Below, piece after piece: positions 25,336 to 37,300 of a stretch of DNA of 64,000 nucleotides (position 1 is the stretch's first letter; every line of letters begins with the position of its first letter). The stretch is from Antedon mediterranea. Lineage: Eukaryota > Animalia > Echinodermata. The stretch covers positions 25,685,365 to 25,749,364 of the forward strand of contig NC_092678.1 in NCBI RefSeq assembly GCF_964355755.1. The letters run 5' to 3'. The translations under genes were made by a program, and so were the position numbers. The notes under the pieces are model-generated. The model was not told the DNA's origin. It saw nothing but the letters and a program-made list of their open reading frames with translations, and made no database searches.

Positions 25336-25472
25336 AAGCTCTGTCTACATTATCAAACTAGTTTGACAAAAAAAGTGTGCCAAAATGTTCGAGTAATTTA
25401 ACATTATCGTGTTCCTGTATGGGCACATCACATTTGTTTTTCACATAAAGTTTGATAGTGTAGACAGAGCTT
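25336..25472. mobile_element. Short MITE family (further copies at about 28180-28297, 57897-58034, 63865-63981; partial at about 36290-36390)
   Basis: TIR AAGCTCTGTCTACA(C/T/A)TATCAAAC ... GTTTGATAGTGTAGACAGAGCTT. Confidence 0.75.
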
Positions 25473-26670
25473 TATCTGTGTGTGTATCTATTTCTTTTCC
25501 TTTACCAAATACTAGCCAAAATCGGACTGCTTATTATATCTATCTGGTGCCCCGTCGTGTGATACAAATCTCTGTTAGACACTAGATCTGTTTTTTTCTT
25601 GTTTAATTTACTATTTTTTCAATTTAGTTCCTCTTTGATTGTAGTTTCATTAAATATGTTGTGTTTTAAAATGTGTGATGATGCATTGTATATTTTGAAT
25701 CAGTATTCCAACCTGTTGAATTATTATAGTTTGGCAAGTACGGTATTGGGTACGTGTTGGGTAATTGATTACGTCATAATTTAGTTCGTCTTTGATTGTA
25801 GTTCTTCTTAATTTGTGTTTATTTCATTAAATAAGTTGTGTTTTAAAATGTGTGACGATGTATTGTATATTTTGAATCAATAGTCCAATAGATAGTCCAA
25901 GACATTGAGTTGAGTTATTATAGTTTAGGCAAGAAATGCTGTAAAATGTATGATGGACAAATTGGTACGTGTATGGGTATATGATTACGTCACGAGTTCA
26001 CGTTTTAACTTGGTTCTAGGACGCAACGCAAGGACGTAAACGCAACGCAAGCGTATTGACCAATGGTGACACGTGACGTAATCATTCGCTTGTGATTGGT
26101 CAACTCACTTACGTTGCGTCCTAGTGAGAACCAAGCTTTAATAACAACTAAAACCAGTTATGTGTTGTGTACTCAACCGTATCGATATTTTTTATTCATA
26201 ACGTAACGTAACGTAATTAATTATAACAATATAATACAATATAAATTGAAAGAAGCTAGTATCATAAACAAATCAATGAACTGATAATTAACGTGCATCG
26301 CAATAACAATTAAACATTGCGTTTAAAATTAGCTTACTCTATGTGTTAAATATTAAAACGGACTAATAAAAATAATGAACAAAATGTGTTAATTCGGTAA
26401 AAATGTTTTATTTAGCGAGAACTTTCAGCTGACTTAATTTCTGCAATCTGCAACTCGTGATTATGATTACAGTCGATTTTTGTTATTTTTTAATTTTTCA
26501 TAAATCACACAAGCCAATGTAAAAAACTATATACGACGTAATATAACGTGGTTCTCATTTTAGAAGTTAACGCAATTAATGTAGGATGATGCGACGCTTG
26601 TGATTGGACAATGCTTGCGTTGCGTGTGTGCTGCGTCCTAGTGAGAGCCAACTTAAGTTAATGACGTAAG

Positions 26671-29600
26671 CTAGCAGATGTTGTAGTCACATGATGCCAA
26701 TCTGTATAAAAAAATAAAAAAATAAGAGAAAAACAAATTTATGTAAAAACCAAAACGTACAAAACAAAACATTATAAGGGGCAGAAATGATATTTATCAG
26801 CGTTTATTTACCATATTTATAGCAGGTCTTTAAAAAGTCTTATTTACCTTTCTGGTAGACGTGGTTTCTGTGCTCCAGACACTCTGTAGTTTTTGAATTC
26901 AGCTTTCACTGTGTCATGTAGACAGCGACATCTGGCGCAATGATCGACTACAACATAACGTCTCTCTTTAATAACGAAACGATCTCCTGATAAACTAACT
27001 GCTATACAATTCCCTGCAATAAAAACAAATTATAGTTGAGTTGTTGTTTTATAGACACAGTGGTAACTCCATTTGACCAATCACAGACGATTGATTATGA
27101 GAACTTTCGCTTGTCATTGGTCAACTTGCTTGCGTTGCGTCTACGTCCTTGCGTTGCGTATCTACTGGTAAAGCGTGGTTCCCACTAGAGACGCAATCAA
27201 GGTCGTACGCGCAACGAGTTGACCAATGACAAGCCACTGTTTGAACAATTCATCGATTGTGATTTGTCAAATTGTTGCGTCGCTAGTAAACAAACAAAGC
27301 TTAACTCATTTATTTAACATGTTGATCAATAATAGGCCTATTGAAATACAGTAGTTAGTTACCTGCATTACAAACAGGGCACCCGCATTCGTCAAGTTCT
27401 GGATTGGTGCACTTATTTGATATTATACATGGTTTGTTATCACATGAGCTGGGTATCCCACCTGAACCACCGGTTGATCCTCCTGAACCACCGGTTGATC
27501 CCCCTGAACCACCGGTTGATCCACCCGAACCACCGGTTGATCCTCCTGAACCACCGGTTGATCCCCCTGAACCACCGGTTGATCCTCCTGAACCACCGGT
27601 TGATCCTCCTGTACCACCAGTTGATCCTCCTGATGAGCCACCGGTTGATCCCCCTGAACCACCGGTATTACAGGCATCAGTATTGCAGACTGCATTTCTG
27701 AAACACCAATTTATTTTGTCTATTATGCCATTTATATTCCATTATTGCAGACTATACTACTAAAATCATCATGTGTTTAATTTAGTACAAACAGTATATG
27801 CATATATCACGGTACTATTTTACGTAGAAAACACCCTCCTCCTCCCTCCCTCCCTCCACCCTCCCCTCCCAATTGGCAAAGAACGGTAGTAATGCTAACC
27901 TTTGTGAGACAGCTGGTGGTTGGCTTGCTGGTACCCAGTATGCCGAGAAGAAAACGGGTTCGGAGACGGGATTGCATTGGCAGACGGCACAACCATTAGG
28001 GCCTAAGGTTTTTGGACCATCGTCATCAATCAGATAAAAAGAGTCACCCACGCTAGCAATACAATTTCCAACTGAAAAAAAAATAAAATATACATTTATG
28101 AATACCTTGAGGGCGGGCATCATCAAACTTGTCAATGTTTCTTTGCTGAATGTGCAGAGTATGATGTTTCTATGACGTTGCAAATACAGCCAAATAAACT
28201 TGTTTAAAAGTGTGACGTGGTAGTGATATGACATCATGTGTCCATACGGGCACATCAAATGTTTGTGTGACAAGTTAGTTAGTGTAGACAGAGCTTTACA
28301 ATCAGCTTTCCTTATGGTTTTTTTGGGGGAAAGTTTCAGGTATACCTGTGTTTTCCTCAAAGAGAATCTTACCTTCTGGGCAAGTTGGACACCCACATCC
28401 TGGACGTGTTGGTCTAAAACATTTGTTCGTGACAAAACATGGTGCCGGGTCGATACAAAGACCAATATCATTGTCAGTGAGGCAGAAACAGCCGAATGTA
28501 CAAGGAGGTATATCACTTGCTGATGGGTACACCAGTGACGGATCGGTGCCGGCACATGCTGGCGTTGGAGTTGTCACAATACACGCACTTGTGTCACAAA
28601 CAGCTCGTCTAATGAAACAAACAAAATTGATAAACTTAATACTTAATATAATAACATTTATTATTATTTACGAAACGTAACGATGTAAGTAAAACATCTG
28701 ACCAATCACAAGTGATTATCTGAACTGTCGCTTGTTATTGGTCAATTTGCTTGCGCGATGCGCGTACGTTCTTGCGTTGCGCGTCCTAGTGGGAACCAAC
28801 TAACATCGCAGGTTTATATCCTTACCTTTGAGGAAGTTGAGGACGACCACTACCTCGCCAATATAAATGATGGTTAGCAGTTTCTGGAGCTTCGCATTGA
28901 CATACTGCGCATCCTCCTACAACAGTGGGACCATCATCACTGATTGTCACCTGTTCTCCGTTTGGCCCTTCAGCAATACAAGAACCTATATAAAAAAAAG
29001 GATGACATTATAATTCTAGTTATTGTCGGTTGTAGTAACTAGTGTCATCTTTAATATTGTCATCGCCGTCGTACTTTGTCGACGTCATCACCGCCGTCGT
29101 ACTTTGTCGACGTCACCACCGCCGTCGTACTTTGTTGACGTCATCACCGCCGTCGTAATTTGTCGACGTCATTCTCGTTGTTTTCAACGTTGTTGTCATA
29201 ATAATGCTGTATTACATTACCTCTTTCGTTTGGTGGACATGTTCCACACCCACATGGTCCGTCGACAGGATTTGAACACCGATTCGAAAGTCTGCATGCC
29301 GGTGGAAGAAAACACACCGTTTGACCACTTTCCAGCGAGCAGAAGCAACCGAAATCGCACTGTTCAATATCAGCTTCTGAATTTCGGGACTGACTTGCGG
29401 TTGCGCAGTTTGCAAAATGCTTAGAGTTGACATCAAATCCACCACCTCCATCAGCGCCATCACGACCAGGTCCAAACTTAGTTGCGTCTTCGCCATCTTC
29501 ACCGTCTATTCCATCGATGAACGTTGGTGGGCAAAACTGATAATCGCATTCGGCTTCCCTAAATACATAAATTGTACTGATTTATGTGTTTTTTGTCACT

Positions 29601-31567
29601 GAACTTTTGAGTTACTAATTGCGTTATGTTTGTCCCACTGCCTTGTGTGTGAAAGTGTGTGAAACCAAGCTTGTGTGTGAAAGTGTGTGAAACCAAGCTT
29701 GTGTGTGAAATTGTGTGAAACCAAGCTTTACTATTTCTCTTTTATGTGAAATAAAATTATACAAACCTTATTTCTAAATTTCCAAGATCAAGTTTATTGT
29801 TTACAATATCAACAAAAACAGACGAAATTGGAACATTTTGGCAGCTACATATTGCACAACCAACAGCTACATTTGTAGCTCCCTCTGCAACTTTGACAAC
29901 TTCTTGATTCTCATTTAAGGCAATGCAATGGCGACCTAGAAGAAAGTACCAACATTTGAATGAAAACACCTGGAATTGAATGGTAAGTTAAACCCCTCCA
30001 CACACTTTGTAAGGACACTTGCCTCAAGAAGCACTTCACCATATGTTCTAGCCTAAACAATGATATCTCAATAGCATATGGCATTTGATTCAGTGAAACA
30101 TAACATTGTCTCTAATCATAATTAATCCACATTTTAATTAAGTTTTATATGAAGGGTGTTGTCAGTTACAAGGTGACGTGAAGGTCTCGTGCCATCATTT
30201 AATTTAACTTGAAATTAAAGACGAATGTAGAGTAGAGATATGTACCGTAAGAAACAGCCGATTCTATGTCGAGTGTGAGAGATGCGCGTTCTCGTTTGAT
30301 GCGCGTTCTCGTTAAGATGCGCGTTCTCGTTAAGATGCGCGCACGCTATGATGCAGAACACCCCCCCCCCCCCCCAATGACACTTCTAAAAGTTACGTTT
30401 TGAACCGATGTGTATTTTTATTAAATCAGTATGTAAATCTAATATATCTAAAACAACTCCCTGATCTAATTAATTAAAACACAACATAAATCATACATAA
30501 TAATAAGTTACACTCAAGTTTGCGAGTAAATCTTGAGTCTCACTTTAAGAGCAATATAGTGACGTCATGCACGCACAAACAACTGAGTAGTCAAGAGTCA
30601 ATGATGACAATACAACGTTTCGTGACACTTAGTTCACAAAATGTAAGTTAAGTATTGTTCTTACAAATATAAGTTAAGTATCGTTCTTTCAACTCAATTG
30701 TACACTTAATTGTATTGTTCTCAGAACAAATAATTTTATTTATTGTGTAATCAATAAATGAAATATATGTTATGGTACTCTTAAGAACGTTGTTTGTCAT
30801 CGTATTATGTATTTATAAAGCGTCCTTCCAATAAAGATCAAAGCGCTGTACAGATTCGACTAACATATAAAAACTTTTTTTAAAGCACTACTTTGTTTTG
30901 AGGTTTTAAAAAGTACACGAATCCTGGCAAATTACCAAGGAGATGCTATTCATATTAAAATCATAATAATGATTAAATGTATCAATTATTTTTTTTCAAT
31001 GTATTTCATTAAATTTGTATCATAAACTTTCAAAATTAAGTTAGAATAATAATTAAAAACTTGTTTTAAACAGTGACGCACAAAAAGATGAAACACAATC
31101 ATTACTCTCAATTAAGCAGCAATAAATAATATATTTAATAGATGAAGTTTTAAAAAAGGGTGTAGGATGTTGCCCAGTGGAAAGCAGCCTCCTGTATCCA
31201 ATTGTATGGATAGATTATCAAATTCTATAATATAGGCCTAAAATCAAACAAATGCAAAGACACGGAGCCCTAATTTGTTGCCCTCTTATCCGCCCTGTTG
31301 CTTACCTTGTGAGCAGCTTGGGCACATACAGCCAGGCTTGATATCTGGATCTGAGCATTCGTTTGAGACCAAACAAGACGTCGGTTCGGCTCGGCATTCA
31401 ATTCTTGCAACTCCCGCTTTACTGATACAAAAACAACCGTACATACATTCTGGTATTGCGTCTACGTTTTGTACGTTTGTACAGAGCGAGCCTTGGGTTT
31501 GGCCGTTTACAGATGATAATATACAAATGATAAATGAAAGTTGGAAAAGTAATCGCGTGTTCTTCAT
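26671..31567 (-). CDS. Secreted cysteine-rich protein with four tandem VWC-related two-module repeats and a Gly/Ser/Thr linker, about 622 aa, 9 exons
   Basis: Exons 31567-31306, 29935-29767, 29558-29221, 28985-28826, 28608-28373, 28071-27900, 27697-27363, 27013-26848 and 26701-26671, with alternating phase-1/phase-2 GT-AG introns, total 1869 nt. Signal peptide MKNTRLLFQLSFIICILSSVNG. Module A is C.FGCFC...C...C..SN.C..P....CGC..C. Module B is G.CIA...GCA.C.C...R.A.C....C. Confidence 0.85.
27460..27667 (-). repeat. Coding 21-bp repeat encoding (GGSGGST)n, about 9-10 copies
   Basis: CCTGAACCACCGGTTGATCC(T/C) tandem units inside exon 27697-27363. Confidence 0.9.
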
Positions 31568-32710
31568 CTTCTTTGATGGTCAGATTCTCTGATCAAAATA
31601 CTTCTTCTTTTTCTTGTTGGTAATATTTCAGATTAATCTCAAACTTCTCCTGCACTTGCCTTATATGGCCATCCCTGTCCTTGACTGTCAATGGTGGACT
31701 TATATTTTTGAACTTCAATAAAAACTTAAGTATTCTTACTTGTGTATACCCCGGATGTACCACCTTATGCACGCATGCATGATAGAAGCAAGTTTTGAAA
31801 AGTTCGTAAATTAATACGATAATTCGGTTCCGGTATCTACGAAAGCTTATGGTTGGCACGTTTCAAACATTGTGCATGTTCATTCATTTTGGTATATCTA
31901 TTCTATAGAGTTACAGCCCTGTAAAAGTTACATTTGGGCTTCTGTAAGGAATAGCTTCGAAAGTTTTATGACCAATCATCACGATCCGAACTGTCGCGCG
32001 CTTGTGATTGGTCAACCCACTTACGTTGCGCGTGCCTACGTTGTTGCGTGCGCCTAAGTCCTTGCGTGCGTCAAAGTGGATACTACGCGGTTGATATACT
32101 TTCACTGTCAGTGCCCGTGCCCGTGCCCAGCTACCATGCACCAATTGAGCGTAGCTAAGCATCCCATATTGACCTGGTATAAAGTTTTTCTCATGATAAT
32201 ACGTAAATATTAAAGGATGTCCTGTTTACAATAAGTTACCACCTCCACAAACCGTATCGCCAGCACCTCTTGAATGCACTACAAACGCCTCGGATCCGTC
32301 TACTTGGTTGACTCTATCAACGTCCGAAAGGAGAAACCGGATTTAATTTGAACTATTGCCATTCTCAACATTATGTGAAATTTATTATAAAACTAAAATT
32401 GCCAGTAGACGCTGGTTGTTTAGTTCGAAAGTGTGAAATTATAGTTCTTCTTAAGCTTGGTTCTTCCCACTAGAGACGTAACTCAAGAACGACGTAAGCG
32501 CAACGTACATGATTTGACCAATCATAAGCGATGGATTATTCGAACTGTTGTCATTGGTCAACTCTCTTGCGTGGAGTCTCGTCCTTGTGTGCGTCTCTAG
32601 TAATTTAATAACAAAAAAAGTTTTGCGATCAAACCGATGGATTTAGTGAATGATTAATGTGCGTTTATCTTAATGTTATTGGAAGGGACAAATTTAAAAA
32701 AAAAAAGATT

Positions 32711-32792
32711 CGCTGCGAGCAGGGTTCGAACCTGCGCGGGAAGATCCCATTGGATTTCAAGTCCAACGCCTTAACCACTCGGCCATCACAGC
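32711..32792 (-). tRNA. tRNA-Ser (anticodon TGA)
   Basis: GCTGTGATGGCCGAGTGGTTAAGGCGTTGGAC-T-TGA-AATCCAATGGGATCTTCCCGCGCAGGTTCGAACCCTGCTCGCAGCG: 82 nt, long variable arm, intact A/B boxes, followed by an oligo-T Pol III terminator. Confidence 0.97.
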
Positions 32793-32855
32793 TGGTTGGG
32801 GTATACACTGATTCTTTATTGTGTCGAAAACTCCAAACTGATAATACTGCATAAT

Positions 32856-33673
32856 GGGATATGACCGGTTGGGCCGCCGACAAGTTGAGCCGCCGGTAAT
32901 TTCTATGAAACGCCCAGTGCGTCTTTTACGACATTTCGCGTAGTGATAGAGGGGTGTCCTAGTACATAAGTTCATGGTCTTTAGGTTTATTGTGTCATGA
33001 AAATAAATAATAATTACATACTACAATTTTGTCGGTTTGAACCGCCATAACAACACAGCAAAGGAAAGTAGTCATATTTAATAATTTAATTGTTTTTAAT
33101 CTTTCAAGGTAAAAATGCAGTGCACTCCATAATATTTTTCTCGCGTAAAATCACGTTGTCTCTCAGGACTAATAGAGTATTGATACTCTTCGAATGAGGT
33201 TAAATAATTATTGTTTTTTATCTACTATCTTTTAATAATAATATCATATTTTATTGAATTTTACAATGTTAATACACAAAATATTTTACTAAAAAACGGT
33301 GATTTTATGCAATTATTTGACCGAAAAATGGAGTAGGCCTAGTTCATACAACTGCCGCCTAAGGGGGCAACATGTTTACGTAATTTTTGGCTAAAAACGA
33401 TCATTTTCGGTCATGTTTTAGGCCTTATATTTTGGAATCTACAAGTCAGATATTCATAATTATTTCTCTTTAATTATAATATTTAATAATATATACTAAA
33501 AACCGTGATCTATAAACTTTGGAATATACATCGTTATATCTAATAATTAATATAAATAGAACTTCTATTAAATAGAAACGAGCACCGGCGAAAGTAAGCA
33601 TTTGGCGTTTCATAGAAAATAACGTTTTTCTGGCGGCGGCTCAACTTGTCGGCGGCTCAACTTAGCCTAATCC
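32856..33673. mobile_element. Mutator-like (MULE) non-autonomous element between the two tRNA genes
   Basis: Long imperfect TIRs (GTTGGGCCGCCGACAAGTTGAGCCGCC...TTTCTATGAAACGCC / GGCGTTTCATAGAAA...GGCGGCTCAACTTGTCGGCGGCTCAAC). Flanking direct repeat TACTGCATAAT at 32845-32855 and 33674-33684. Confidence 0.75.
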
Positions 33674-34112
33674 TACTGCATAATAAAGTCTTTTGTTTTA
33701 TTAGATCAGCCAAACGTTATTTTACCAAGAAATATCGATTGTGAATAACCCAATGTTTTTATAGCCGACAACTGTCATCACGTGATAACTATTATAGCCT
33801 ATTTATATATTTTTTTCCAAAAAACTAATAATATAAAATAAATAAAAATGCAAGTAATATTAAACTTGATTTTATAATGTATTTTGATTTTTTTGTATCA
33901 TGTTTGTTTGTTATTTCTATATTATTATTAAAGAGTGTAATTGATTTATCTGCTAACTAGGACTGTATTTATTATTTCATTATTCAACCAACTTGGGCCA
34001 TACTGAATAGTATATTGGTCAGTAAAATTTAACGACAATTTTAAAATATAGTTAAAACAAAATATACTACACCGGTAAAATAAAATAGCAAGATATATAT
34101 AAAAAAAATACG

Positions 34113-34184
34113 GGGCTCGTCCGGGAATCGAACCCGGGACCTCTCGCACCCGAAGCGAGAATCATACCTCTAGACCAACGAGCC
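34113..34184 (-). tRNA. tRNA-Pro (anticodon CGG)
   Basis: GGCTCGTTGGTCTAGAGGTATGATTCTCGCTT-CGG-GTGCGAGAGGTCCCGGGTTCGATTCCCGGACGAGCCC: 72 nt, followed by a T-run terminator. Confidence 0.97.
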
Positions 34185-34337
34185 AACCACCAAAAGAGGG
34201 CGTTTCTTATCAATATGAACACTTAAACAGGTGAACAATAGACTTTTTTTGCAATTAATTAGTGAAGCGTAGCGCGTATTATATTTATAGAGGGCCATTT
34301 CTTTATTTTTTTTGCTCGTCATCGAAGAAAAAAAAAC

Positions 34338-37300
34338 ATGCCGGTTACAGAAAATTTCGAAGCCGAAGGGCTTGAAAAGAATCCAGATTTAAACTTGGCC
34401 CAGCTAAAATTTCGCTTAAGTATAGATGGAAAAAATTCCACCAAAGAAATAAAGAATGAGTTGCTTGAAGGTATCTCCAATCACAGTAAGTATTAACGAT
34501 ATTTAGGCTAGGCTAGGCCTCTAGGAAGAGTTCCGTAACTAAACTAAAACCAATATCCATCGCCTTGTTTGAGTGATGTTAGTGGCCAGTTGGTAAGCTC
34601 TTGTGTGGGCCTATGCAGATTTTCTTGCTTTTCTAAGCTTATTCTACTTTTGAAACATTATTATTGTATTGTTGTGTAGGCCTAGGCTAGCTAGGACAGG
34701 TACTGTACTATCCAAGGCCTAGCTAGGCCTAGGCCTAATCTAAATCAATTGAATCAAGTGTATTGATAATGTATTGTTTGTTGATGGTTTATATTATTAA
34801 TCATTGGATCCAAGTTCTTAATTATTATTTATTAAATGTTTTAATTTATTAATATAGATATGGCTCCATTCTATGAAATTGTTTGTAAAGATCTGTCATG
34901 GAAGGTGGACCAAAAGTTGTTGAATAAAATGAAAGAAGAAAATGAGACTGAGCTTAAACGGCTTGACTCTCAAATAGAAGATGCACAACAGAACCAGGGT
35001 GAGACAGAAGTCAGAGATGCATTACTCGCAAAAGCTGAATACCTCTGTCGTATTGGAGATAAAGTATGAATTTCTGATCTTAGATCCTGTCTAATAAATT
35101 AAGTGCAGTATAGTAGTTCATGTATCTCCCAACTTTGTGTACAATGATTTACCATTAAATTGATTTAACACAAAGACAAAATGTGTTTAGAAAACAAAAG
35201 TGCAATTTTTCCTCAATTATTTAATTATTTTTATTTCCAGGAACCATGTCTAAGTGCATTCAGAAAAGCTTTTGAAAAAACAATAGCATTAGGACACAGA
35301 CTGGATGTGATATTTCATCTCATACGAGTTGGACTATTCTGGGGTGATAACGATCTTATTACACGTAACATAGAAAAGGCCAGAGAGTAAATATATTATC
35401 ATCCATTTTTTTAGAATGATAGAAGAAGTAAAAGTAGCATATATTATGTACATGTTGTAAAAGCTGTAATTGCATTTTTTATATTGATCATATGCACAAA
35501 ACTGATCTATTTATCGCTATCTATTTTAAATTCTTTTAGAATGATAGAGGAAGGAGGAGACTGGGATCGTAGAAATCGTCTCAAAGTTTACCAGGGTCTT
35601 TACTGTATGTTCACACGGGACTTCAAAGCAGCGGCCAATCACTTCCTTGACACCGTGTCCACATTTACATCGTACGAGTTGATGGACTATAAAACATTTG
35701 TCACTTATACAGTCGTTATTTCGGTTGTCGCTTTAGACAGAAATGATCTCAGAAATAAGGTAATTTCTACTCATCTTTACTTGCCTAGTATTCTCCAGAT
35801 AACGGTTATAGTATAGCATCGTAATCTATGATATAAGTTTGCTTAGAGTTGTTTGAAAAGTATATTTATTATGTAAATATCTTTGGCTGCAAATATGGAA
35901 TACAACAAAGTACTTCAATAGAATTGTAATACTGTTATTCAATGTGCTTATCCAGGTTGTGAAAGGAGCAGAGATCCTTGAGGTGTTACACAGCCTACCA
36001 GAGATCCGTAAATATCTGTTTTCTCTCTACAACTGCCAGTACAAAGACTTCTTCCTTTGTCTATGTAAGTTTTTATTCCTCATTCATTTTAGTCATTATT
36101 ACTAACACTCTGTACTGTACACTATCACATTTTCTTTCTCAAACTAGTTTGTCATGTCATGTATTAATTTAATTTTGTTAAGGTGGCCAAATACTGTAAG
36201 AGCTTTGCTCTTTTTTTGGTCATCCTTCCATTTTTTATGCATTATTTACACTATGTTTTATATTGCAAAATAAAAACTGAAACTGATTGTGTAGACAGTC
36301 ATTGAAGTATTTGCCTAATCTTTAGTTACAAATATATGTATCTCACCATATTTGGGCATATCACTGCCATATTTGGGCACATCGCGCTTTTCGTAATCTT
36401 TAGTTACAAATGTATGTATCTCACATTTTCACAGGTGAATTGGAGCCTATGTTGAGGAATGATCGTCTGTTGAATGTACACTATCGCTATTATGTACGTG
36501 AGATCCGCATACTGGCATACACACAGCTTTTGGAGTCTTACCAAAGTTTAACTCTACAGTATATGGCCGACGCCTTTGGCGTTCGTGTGGAATTTATCGA
36601 CAAGTGAGTTAATTAACCAAATTTTTTTTTAAATACAGGACACTACTGGACTGACTTATTAGAGAGGTTTCGCAGTCTTACGAATACGATAACGAAAACG
36701 GATACGTCACACACACGTATTCGTTTTCGTAAGCCATAAAAAAATCTGTTTCGCATGGCAACGAAATATTGAGGCGCGTCCAAAATATGACTGCGGTAAA
36801 TTTGAGCGAAGCGCAGGTATGTGTTGCTTGGTGCTTGGCTGCCTAGGCCTAGCGTAACATCAAAGCGAGTGAGGACTTTAAAAACTGCTATTTATCAAAA
36901 TTGACTTGGCATTTTAGTAAATTACTTTAGTAAATTACTTTCAATAAATCTATAATTATATTATAATCATGAATCATTCCTGATTCAAATGCAAAATGTG
37001 CAAAATAGATCAAAAACTATACTCGTTTTGTAGTTACGAATATGACTGGTGATATTCGTCAACACGAATACGCTTTACGAATATGAAATGGGGATCAGCT
37101 CAAAAGTTTCACAAATGTATGACGTATCCGTTTTCGTTATCGTATTCGTAAGGTTGCGAAACCTGCCTAATATGTCTGGTTTTACGGAAAGTTTAGTATT
37201 TTAATGGTAAAAGAATTTTGGATCTTGAGAATTTGGTATTGGGAGAGTTGACTGTATTATTTATTGAAAGAGACTTTTAAATTTATAAATTGTGCTTTCC

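Larger units (their letters stand above)
21928..32600. mobile_element. Dispersed ~130-150 bp MITE family, at least 8 copies (about 21928-22080, 26008-26138, 26550-26655, 27055-27170, 27172-27300, 28670-28800, 31960-32070, 32455-32600). The span given is the cluster, not one element
   Basis: Imperfect palindromes of the form AAGCTTGGTTCYCACTAGGACGCAACGCAAG...CCAATCAC...ATTGGTCAACT...TTGCGTTGCG...CTAGTGGGAACCAAG. Confidence 0.7.

Noticed and set aside
27404-27763. Pro-rich (PPEPPVD)n ORF on the plus strand
   Set aside because: Antisense of the GGSGGST exon, which has proper splice sites and Cys modules on the minus strand.
32711-32792. tRNA-Sec or tRNA-Leu assignment
   Set aside because: The anticodon loop reads CT-TGA-AA (Ser, decoding UCA), not TCA or CAA, and the body matches standard tRNA-Ser.
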